A stretch of 64,000 bases of DNA from Antedon mediterranea (taxonomy: Eukaryota > Animalia > Echinodermata). The notes beneath the pieces are model-generated. The model worked only from the letters and a program-made list of their open reading frames with translations, was not told the DNA's origin and searched no databases. The translations under genes were made by a program, and so were the position numbers. The DNA lies in contig NC_092680.1 of the NCBI RefSeq assembly GCF_964355755.1, positions 2,170,001-2,234,000 on the forward strand, given 5' to 3'. Each line of letters starts with the position of its first letter. Position 1 is the stretch's first letter. Of the stretch, positions 25,401-37,400 are shown in pieces.

Positions 25401-28400
25401 AAAACTTTATCTTCATTTATTATGACCTTATTGATTTGGCATCCAATAAATATTAAGACAAAGTATGCAGGTGCTGTAAATAGTACAGTGGCTCGCAGTG
25501 CGGACACAGTCTATGACGTCGTTGAACGAATTGCCTTGATTTTGCATATGTAACGTCAGGTTTAGATTGCAAAGTCATTGATGCGCACGAGCTGTCGATG
25601 AATACTTCTGAGAGAAATTAATTATGTTATTACAGTTCTAGTTCTATTACAGCATTTCACTGTGTAGAGTAAGAACTGTGAGCTCAGTGTGTTTATTACT
25701 GAAACATATTGAGACATATTTCTTTATGTGTGGTCTTCATATTCTTTGAGAAATGTTTCTTGTGTCACAAAATGTTAATGAAATTGAATCTGGGGAGATA
25801 GAAATATTTTGTATTGCGAAAGGTAAGGCTCCTTTGAACAAGTTAATCAAGTAAATAGCATCTGAAATAGTTTAGTTTAGTTAATTTGTAATCAATTTAT
25901 AATTATTTATTGTTTACCAGTTCTTGCTTGTTATGGTGTATACAACAAATCATAGGAGGTTTTCATAGCTTATTATACTGGTTTCAAGGAATTGTTATAC
26001 AAAACTTTCCAAACGTCACAGGTTATTCAGATTTGTGTAGTTTATTTACCTTGGTTGCTGAGCTACCTGTACCTGGCTTGTTATGAACTGTAATAATGTA
26101 TTGTTTTTCATTTTTGATAATAAAAAGATATTTTATGTATTATAACATTCAAACACCCAAATGTAAATCGTCTTACAGCTCTGTGTTTCTAAATTGAGAC
26201 CTTAAGACTTTAATTGTAATTTGCACCTGGATTTGACGCAATTCATAAAAATGTTTATTAACAATGACATCAACCTTTTTTTTATTTGACGTAAGCATTT
26301 CCCATTTAAGGGTAGAAAAAAAAGGTTACAGTACATTTTTTTTTTTGAATAAGACTTCTTACACTGTGCAGACTTTTTTGTGGTACAATAATGTTGACTT
26401 AACAATAAATTCATTCAATTCTTTTATACATTTCAGAAAAACAAAGAGAGGCTGATAGAAAATCCCAAAGAAATAACCATGAATATGCATTAATCGACCA
26501 ACAACCGCGGAAGACACCTCAGTTAGTGTCACGGGAACGGCTTGCGGTTCCGTGGAAGAATTCAGTGCACGAGGGAAGTAGCCAACCATTAGTAACCATA
26601 GACAGTGAAAGGTATGTGCGATTTATCCAATGATGACCTAAATGAATGAATTATTCGGTGTCAACAGTAGTGTTACTGTCCTTTTTCCATATGCTCTTCT
26701 TTCTTTTAAATATTACAACATCGTTTTATTTTTTAATTTAGGTCGGGTTATCATTTAAATTAGAAACATGTTCCTTTACATTGGGTACTGTGCAAGAGTT
26801 GATGATTTCTTAGTATTATTAATAGTATTGAGTGATATTTATGGTGTTTGTGTACTCCACATGTTTCCTACAGTACTGTATCTAAAAATAATATTTTTGC
26901 GTCCTGGATAAGTAAGTATGTTATAAACCACCCTTTCCCAAATTCTGAGCATGCCATTAGATAATTAATTATCTTCAATTCACTCCCCCCACAAATTAAA
27001 CACTGCTCTTCTGGTGCCTTATTTAAAAAATTGCTCAAAACTTATTTTTTCGACCACTAACATGCCCAGCACCTTTGATTTTGTACCTCGGTCTTTGAAT
27101 TGACGCTTTATAAATTTTGATATAATAATAATAATAATAATAATAATTAATAATCAATTGGCTTAATATGCAAATGAGGCAAGAGAGACTACAGTAACTT
27201 CCTAGTCCCTCCAAAATTAGTTGCATAAGAGAAGATAATAAAAATGATTGCCTAAATGTCCTCATGGTTAAATGTCCTCATGGTTAAACTTCAAATTGTG
27301 TTTTTAAATGACTCTGTTAGTGTTACCTACGTTGTGCAATCATGCGTGTAATTTGAGTAATGCATACAATGGACTTTTCTCACCTTCATTCAATAGGTCA
27401 TGTGATAGTTTGCTTTTGCAATATTTCCGCATGGATAGTCAAAGGAGACGGTGTTTGCCTGTTTTTAAAAACAAACAGTGTGCAGTATATTTTTGTAGTA
27501 CCTAGCTTACCTGAAAAAATTGAAATTGTCCTTTACTTATAACTGTATCCTCTGACCTACTCTTTTCAACTGTTTGTATAATACCAGGAAGGAATCTAAA
27601 TAATTTCTTCATGGTAACTTGAAGTATGTTCTGAGAAAGCAACACTAACATTAACAATGTTTTATATATTTTTTGAAGTAAATAGTTTAATTTTGCTGTC
27701 TAGACCAGAGGCGACTAAATCTGGCCAGATGCTATAATTTTGATTCAAGTGGCTATTAAAAGGTACTCCGGTACTTCAAATGGATAATTATACCAATAGG
27801 AATTTTGATTTCATTTGGAAAAACTATATAATTAGTTTATGAAATAGATGTAAATTGAGATTTATAGCATACTAATACAATCATTAAACAAAATAGACAC
27901 TAAGCCACTTTATCCATTCGGTTGATTTTGATATCACCAGCAATCGCCAATGATAATAGTTTAAGATTTTATTATTCATTTTATTAATAACCTTAATATA
28001 CAAACTTAATTCTCACACCGAATAACAAATTAAAAATGAACAATATATTTGAATACGATCATAGAATTAATGGACTTACTTCAGTAAACGAAACGTAGCA
28101 ATCAATATTTAAGTGGCTATTTGGAGAGTGCTTGTCAAGGATAGCTAATCTCTTAAAGGCTGTCAAAGAAAATTCATAATCAGAAGTTTTATGAATATCC
28201 ATATATATTATCAATCATATGATACTGTACTGCGTAAAGCCCCTACACTATCAAACTATGTGATGTGCCTAAATATGGTGGTAATATGGCCAAATATGGT
28301 AGTGATATGACATCATCCTGTTCATATATGGGCACATCACATTTTGTCACATAAAGTTTGATAGTGTAGACAGAGCTTAACATAACAACAAAGTTATGAT

Positions 28401-31400
28401 GAGGTTTATAATGTCTTTCAACACTGTATGAACCGATAGATTAATTATATTGATAAGTTCACTACATTTTGGTCATACAGTATGTTACATTCTGACTATA
28501 TATGAGTATGAGTATATTTATTCATAATTTGTAAAATCACAATACTTTACTATCCCATAGCAGTGGTCAAACTTTGAATTGAAATTTTGGTAGGCTTTCG
28601 TTGGCCAAGAAAATAGTGATTGTTATCATTTTCTGATCTTAGTAGAGTATATAAAGCTCTGTCTACATGATCAAAATATTGTATTTTGACAAAAAAAAGT
28701 GTGATGTGCCCAAATATGGTAGTGATATTATTACATCATCATGTCCATTTTGGCACATCACATTTTTTTGTCACTTAAAGTTTGTTAGTGTAGACAGAGG
28801 TTTAGAACTTTAGTTTCAATATACAGTGGTATAATTTAATCTACATGATGTCTGAGTGATTTTCATTGCAACATAATTAAACCTATACTTGAGCATTTGA
28901 TAAACTATCTTATGCTTGCTATTAAAGTAATTACTTATGTTCAAGTACTGTATGGTATAGATTTACTTCATGAATTCTACGAACAAGCACTGTCATGTCA
29001 CAACCTTTCATAGAGTTATTGAATAGATGCAGTAGTTGCTTATCCAAGTCCGAATTTTTCACGTCTTATGTGTTTTGTCCAATTACTTACACTGTACAGT
29101 TACACCAATAATCAAGAATTTTTTGTCAGATAATATTCTGATTTATATACAATAAAAAGTTACACAATGCCATCATTATTGGTTGGTAAATTGGCTGCAT
29201 TTTGATTTTCTCTCAAACACCAAGTCTAATAAGTCTATACTATCAAACTAGTTTGACAAAAAAAGTTTGATGTGCCCAAATATGGTAGTGGTATGACATC
29301 ATCATGTCCATATATGGGCACCTCACATTTTTTTTCTCTGATAAAGTTTGATTTATGTAGAATGAGCTTAATACAAAAATGAGAAAGTTTGAGAAACACC
29401 TGAGATGGAGAAAGAAAGCTATTGTTTATTTATCCAGTGAGTTCACTCTTCTCTGGTTTATCCAGGTAAGCTTGACTGTATTAATAGTCAACTACTGTAC
29501 ATTTTTAAAGTAACTTTACATAAAAATAATTTTCTTATTTCTTTAACAGTATAGTACAAACTGTAATGCCACTGTATTCAATGATAACATCAATAATTTT
29601 GATTTTACTCAGTTCATGTGACTGTCTACTCTTCCTGTAAAGTCATTATACATCATTTGAATACAATAATCCAGGGCTTTCAGCAGCTCAGAACCATTAC
29701 GGCTTATGGTATAATCAAGCTAGCATTATCATCACATCAAATTCTCTGCTGATCAATTTTTTTTTAAAGTGTAATTACTTAATAACTTTTTAGTCAATCA
29801 GTCTGCGTGTTAGTCCAATTGGATACATTAATACTGTATTTCATGGGTTTCTGAATAGCTCTGTCTCGTTCATATAAATTAAATTGTTCACATTAATTCC
29901 TAGAAAACCTTGAAAAAAAAAACCCTTGAAATTTCCTCTCGTTCCTAGATACTTCTTTTCTAGATTACATACCTTTGGAGAATATTTTATGAGGCAGCTT
30001 CTTTTGAAAAAGCTTGGTAATACATCATTGATCGAATCCGCATTTCAATGTTGTTCTTTTTAGGTGAACGTAATTTAACGCATTCTAATCGATATAATGG
30101 TTTATTTAACCTATTTTGTAATAATTTATTAAATTTTAATGGATATAAAAATACATATATATTACTTTTAACTAGAAAACTGTACAGGTGCGCTCTTGAT
30201 TAGGAGACCGTCTGGAAATATTGTGCGGGTGCAGTATAGACCAGAGAGTAATGGTGTAATGGGAATCGGTTTAGCATGGGTTCAAGCCTGTCTGTGCTAT
30301 TGATTTTATCCTTAATAATAATAATAATAATAATAGGAAAGATGCTTTATTCTCATTGCCTTGTCCTTCGGATGAAACCTAAGGCCGTTATTCCCGTGTA
30401 TATACAGTGCACTTAAAAGAACTTGGTACACTATTTGAAAAGAATAGGTGATTATTGTCTCCCGGTCTGCTGATCTCGTAGGCGCTGCAATGCTGGCTTC
30501 TGTGGGTCTATAGATGGCATAATCCCAATTTCCTCAGCTTCCAGCTTGATGACAATAGTTACTACCTTTACTGTACTTTCTAATGAAATACTGTATCTTT
30601 ACTTCATTTACTGTAAAAGAATTTACTTACGCAATCCAATCAATATGACATAAGCCATGTTATTCTACTTTCAGCTGATTTGATAGCTTAGAATTAATCA
30701 GTTTTATTAAATTATGTCCCAAAAAGATTGTTTATTTGGCATCAAACTGTAGGCTGAATTTCAAATTGAACGATGAATGTACTTTAGTTACAAAAATCTT
30801 AGTGTACTGTAGTTGCCAAAATGTGTAGGAGACTCCATTCTGAATTTAAAGATATTTTGTGGAGAAGAAAAGTTGATTAGTCGATGTGTGCTGTGCATGC
30901 ACATTGACAAGTAACAATACAGCATAAATACAGTTATGAAACGCCATGTGTGCCAAAATGTGGGAAGTAAAATCTTCTACAATTGTATCCATTTGAATGT
31001 GTTTACTAAACTGCTTTTTCTTTACAGTTTAGTCCATCTACATCATATTACATGTTTGTAAATTTATTTTGCTTTACAATTGTATGGATCTTCTGTCCTT
31101 TTTGAAAAATAATTTATTATGTAAATCCATTTTAAAAAGCTACGATACATTATCACTTTATGTTCGGATTTTAAAGGAAATTGATAATGTACTCTTTGTA
31201 CCAGACTGTCCACTGCATTATTAAATGAAACGACTGTCCATAGCAGATTATTCAAGATTTTATTGGTACCTTTTACTATAGTATACTTTACAAAATATCA
31301 ATATCAATTAAAATGTATTATTGTAGTGTATCTGTTAAAGTGATTTTTGTAAGCGTTTACTACAACACAAAGTCACCTTATGAATTGCTTGTTCAGAGTA

Positions 31401-34400
31401 GAGTTTCAGCAATTTTATATACATCTGCCTCGCAGGTTATTACGATTCGATTCCCTTTTCTGATAATATAAATTGGAACAGATTAGAATCAATATTATTA
31501 AATTAATATTTATGTCAGCCGATTCTTGACACCTGCGTTATTTATCTTGCAGCGAAGATGAGTTCGATGTAGTCACGCTAACTTCAACACCTTCGCAGGT
31601 AAGTTCATTATCTCTTTATACTGTTTAAGTTAACACTCGTATTTCAGTACTAAGAAACGAATGAAACACGCTTGTGGACGGTTGTCGATGATTATGTAGC
31701 TTTATGTGCAGATCATATCCTTGCTATGTTTATCATGTATGGCCTATAGTACACTAACATATGAAGCTCTGTCTATCAAAACACTAAAAAAAAGGGCAGT
31801 AAGAATTTATTATTTTTTATAATCTTGCTTTCAATACAAATCAAGCATTCTCTTTTTTTACAGACTAAAGCTCTGTCTACACTATCAAACTTTATTTATG
31901 CGACAAAAAAATGTGATGTGCCCATATATGGACGTTATGATGTCATATTACTACTATATTTGGGCACATCACTACTATATTTGGGCACATCACTACTATA
32001 TTTGGGCACATCACTACTATATTTGGGCACATCACTACTATATTTGGGCACATCACTACTATATTTGGGCACATCACACCTTTTTTTTTGTTAAACTACT
32101 GTAGTTTGATAGTGTAGACAGAGCTTTACACGTACATTCTATGTATCTTACTGTAGGCCTACATGTACTTTGCTATTTCACACTATTCCTATTCAATTGT
32201 TTTACTTCAGTCTAATTAAAGTCTATTTTGCTATTGTTATCCTAGTGTAAGCTATAAGTACAAAACGTGATAATATTGTAATTATTGAAGCGTCCATCTA
32301 CATTTTTTTGTTACTTAAGCTCTATCAAAAAACTGTGATGTACCCAAATATGATAGTGATATGCTTTAATATGGTAGCGATATGACATCATCATGTCCAT
32401 ATGTGGGCACATCACATTTGTTGTCACATAAACTTTGAGAGTGTGGCTAATGGTCCTATCAGTTCATTCACTTTGTTAAAACGTGTTTCTCACTAGTTTC
32501 ACAACTAAAATGTATTTATGGATTTTATAATATTCATAATAAACAAAATAATGTTGATAATTGCTTTTCCAATATAGGTAGATGTCAAAAATTCAGTTAT
32601 TAAATACAAAAATCAATAAACATATATTATGCAAATTTTAAATATCAATTGCCAGTATGAGTTATGTTTAAATGTCAGTTATCATAATTTACACGGTATA
32701 CTAATGAGTTTTTAACGAGCTACTGTTCTGTAACTCAATATGTGCTTTATTTTTGCTTTTATTGTAAAATTTACAACGCGACTTACAAAAGCTTGAATAC
32801 AAATTTGATTACTGTACAAGAACCTATAGTGTTGAAGACAAAGCATTGTGGTTAAATTGTGTTGTAATAATAAAACAAATGGAAAACAAATTGATTTAAA
32901 ATTGAAATTTTAAATTGTATTGTATACAGGTAAATACTGTATAATTCACTGATGTGCGGCTAGAGTTTTAAAGGAAAAACCCAGACTGTGCTGAATTTAG
33001 CTGGTGGATCAGCGCAATTTTTACCCTCCAATACAATGCAATTTCTGGGGACCTAGAGGTCCATATTTATAAAATGTTTTTACCTTGGCCCCAACCATGG
33101 TGGGACGGAGGCGGAATATTCATTTCGTTGGTCCAGCTTGGTTATTGGACCTCATCTTGGTCCCGGGAACCAGATTTTATTTAGGTCACGAAAATAAAAA
33201 GTTTGTGGAATGCTGGCTTAAAGCAGTTCCACACTACCTGTACCTGTACTACAGAGTAACGAAATAAAGAATTTTTTTAGTTAAGTATAGTATACTTAAG
33301 TTTTTTTTTTTTTTTTTGTGAATGTGAATGTATTTATATATATATTATTTTGTATCATGTATTAATAATTATTGTTATCACTAAACTGTAGTAGTCTGGT
33401 ACTACTAATGTATAACTATAAATACAGTAATGATTAACAGGCTATACCTTACATTAAATATATTTACTTAGGCGTCATGTCAAAATGTTTCAAAACGATA
33501 ATTATGCGTGAAACGCGGTTCAGATTTCTTTGACCGTTTAACGCGTTAAACGTCTTAATCAAGCTCATTAATTGTACTCATTAAATATTCAAAGCTTAGG
33601 ACCGCCTACTATTACGTCGGTAAAAAAGACGCGATTAACGCGAACATCGCGGTTCAATGTAATACTATTTTGAAATCGATTTTGCGTCGAACCCCGCGTC
33701 GAACACAACGATAAAAATGCGTTTATTTTAGGGTCAGGTCCTATGACAACAAAGAAATCGGCTGATAATGTAGACCTATTCCCCGGTCTATACATATACT
33801 GTCGTGTACGTATACATACATAAAATAAATGGGGAAACCCCGTAGGCTTCATTAGCCTATACTGTACCGTATACGTTTTTTTTTTGTATAGCCGAATATA
33901 ATACTAAATAGCTTGATTTGAATGTTTAGGAAGATTCAGTATTTTAGTTCATTGAAATGTATGCATTGTTTATATGTTAAGTGTGTCCTTATTTTATGAT
34001 TGTCATCATAAAATACTTCATTAATTTATATTATCAATTCAGTCAATGTCACATGGTCGTGGGCATATTAAGAAACGACATTGTTTTGGCCATGTGCTCC
34101 GACGATCCAAAGGATCGGCAGAGGACCGTTTCCTTAAACGTTCTTCCACCCTATGCATATTGTGTACACGTGCTCTGCCGTGGATACAAAGGACTGTTTT
34201 GTTTTACGCGCATACCTAGCAATAACAGGCTCTTTCTTTAAATGTTCTTCCACCCTATGCATATTGTGTACATGTGCTCTGCTGTTTATGAAAATCAGAT
34301 TTATACAAGATTTATTTAATTATACTATACTATACTGAAGTTGTTTTTCAGTAGGGTGATAAGTAGGGTGTTTCGTAGTTATTCAATTTTAGAGAACAAA

Positions 34401-37400
34401 GCTAGAATAGGCCTCATAAACAACAAATAAACTTGAAATGTATGCTATATAGGCCCGTATATAGGCTATTCATAATAAAACAATTGAAAAAACGAAAATC
34501 CATCAATGTTCCCCATTTATTTTCCCAGGGTCAAAGTGGTCAAAATAAATACAATATTTACAATAAATATATATATTCCTTCATATGGTAACTAAAACAT
34601 ACTCCACGCACGGAGGACCCGAGATGTAATCGGGAATAACTACCTCCCAACTCATGGACGTACTATATTCAGTTCCGAAGCAAAAGCCACACGCAAATAC
34701 CATTGTTCTTAAAAGATAAATAAAACAAAGCATATTCGAATAAAACAATAGTAGGCTACTGTCTTTGCTTTGTTGACTAATTTAATACGCCTTGGTGGGT
34801 CGCCTAAACGAACAACATGGTAGGTGTAGGCCAGCAGCATTCAGCAAGCTAGACTTGAACTCGTTAGGCCTACTTTGACGAGTTAGTTATCCGCACAGCA
34901 AAATCCACTTGCCCGTCATTACGTTACTTACTTTAGAATATTGCGCACAGAAAAAAAAGTATGCCATTATAGAATAAAATAATATTTTGTTGTTATATGG
35001 TGAATTCTGTATATTTTGGATCATTGTACAGTATACACATTCATGGGTATCACTTTTTATTCGGAGGAGCTATAACAGATTGAAATTGATTGATTGATAA
35101 AATACTGCAAAGATAAAAATAGGTGACCCACATCATTCAATTTTTTTGACGTGATGACGTTATCAAATAAAAAATAAATGTCACCTTCCGGAAAGATAAT
35201 GGTCTAAGCACACTGACATCGCGAGATTCGCGTAAATGAATGTGAAACGTAATGACGTGATCGCAAAAAAAACAACATTTTTTGGGGATTCAATAAGGGG
35301 AAAATATTTTGTTTACAAAAAATAACAATTATAATATTATTAAAAGATGCAACCTATGTCTACAAAAAAATAGTAAGTTGACATTTCACTTAACCAAAGA
35401 AATGAATTAATCAGCATAATGCAGAATAGATGGACAATATAGGTACTTATAGACACAAAAGACTACTAGCCAATGAACAATATGTGGATGCTTGCATAAA
35501 TTAACTACATAAACAGTCTCTTCCTGTGCACTATTAAGTATTATTACATTGTGCAAAATGTTTAACATTTTAACTCAGCAAATTAAAATAACGGTCTTTT
35601 TTATTGGCGCGGAAAAGGGTACTCAAAATACAGTATAAATTTGAATACTGTATTTTATCCACAAATGAGGTTTGGAAAATACGGTATACAAAATACGGTA
35701 TATCTTTTGGAGCGCCGTTTCCGCTGCCAAAAATATACAGTAACGTAAATGCGGTTTATATAATACAGTTAAAAAATGTTGCTCTGTTTTTGTATCATGC
35801 CTTCTGTATTTCAAATCAGGGAGATGTAAAATCTCCCTGATCAAATCACGCAGATTATTATTACCTTTGATTCTTTATTGGTATTATTATAGAGTACATG
35901 TTCATCGTCAAGTTTCTGTTAATAATTTTCTCATTTTTGTATAGGACTATGTACAACAGTACAATGATGGTACATGGAGGTATAAAAATATTGTTATACC
36001 TCCATGGATGGTACAATCATTGTTTAAAAGTGAAAAAAAACATTGGTTCATTTTTTTTGTATAATTATTATGATGCTTTAGTTTTATTTCCTGAATGTAA
36101 AAGCTGTGCTATTTTACGAATTCCTATTTTAACCACCACGTATTATTCATGGATCAATAAATAACAAAAGCTTTAACAAAACAATGCTTTGCAATTAGGG
36201 CCATCAATGGCCGATGTCGGCATTTAAGATACATCGAAAGAAAACAAAAATAAGCAAAATAATTATATATTATTATAGATACTAAAAATGTTTAATAAAA
36301 GTTTTGTTTAATTTCAATTGGTGGTTTGTCATCTTGTCTTTAGTATTGTTTGGGAAAAAATAATTAATAAAAAATGTTTCTTTATTTGAATAAATCGTTC
36401 GGTATGGAATATTTTTAAAATACATTAGGCCTAGTTATAAGTCATTGTGTCCCGTTTTATTTTATGATTGAAAAATCGTCACGATAAATATAAAGAAGTT
36501 ATAGTCCTCCCCACCCAAAATCCAAAAATAAAATAAATATTTTTCTTAACAAAAAATAACTGAAGTAGCCTATACACATTAAGCGCCACGTTAGTGCAGT
36601 TTTCGTAGACGTTCGCATTGAAAACGAAATTCTTAAAGCCTGTTTTCCACTAAGCGAATTTAGTCGTGTGAATCAAACATTTCACGTATTCGCACGCGCA
36701 GTTTTCCATTGCACAAGAAAAATGTTAGGCTTTACGCAGCCCTTAAACAAAAGTATGTCGGCAAAAAAAAGATTTTAAAAATGGCGGCGTGAAAAATAAA
36801 AATAATATAGTCCAGTATAGTATCAGAACGTTCAATCGGTCGCTCAAAAAGACTGCCGACAGAAGACCGTAATTAAAAGTACAGACCTAGTTTTTTTTTG
36901 GTCACATGGCATGAAACACGATACTCTCTGCTGTTTACCGCAACCTCTCACATGTTTTCTTCCCTCCATCCAAATTCCAGTCGGGCATTTTCTTTACGCA
37001 TGTAATGATTATTTAAAAAGCCTATCTTAAATCATGAAATATATGTTTAGGCCTATTTTGCATATATTTTGTTGGTGGCCTAGCCTAGATGTCTTTATTT
37101 TTTTATATAATTCGCTAACCCAACCTCTCCGCGTGAGCTAAAGGCCCCTTTCCCAACGGGCCCGATGTCGTCTCGTCGACGGATGACCGGCCAAATTAGG
37201 TTAACCTAACCATGGAGTAAAGAATATTCTTTACTCCATGACCTAACAGCATAGGGCGGCTACAAAAATTGACGTCTTCTAGCTTTAGATATAGGATTTT
37301 AAATAGCGAACAATACATTGTTGTTTGCAATGTCCATGCTTCTAAAGGCGATAACAATGGTGTTTAATATTCCCTACGCACCACCCTATGATCGACGCGT

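Noticed and set aside
31940-32075. CRISPR-like array
   Set aside because: Contiguous tandem units with no unique spacers, inside a MITE, in a eukaryotic intron with no cas genes.
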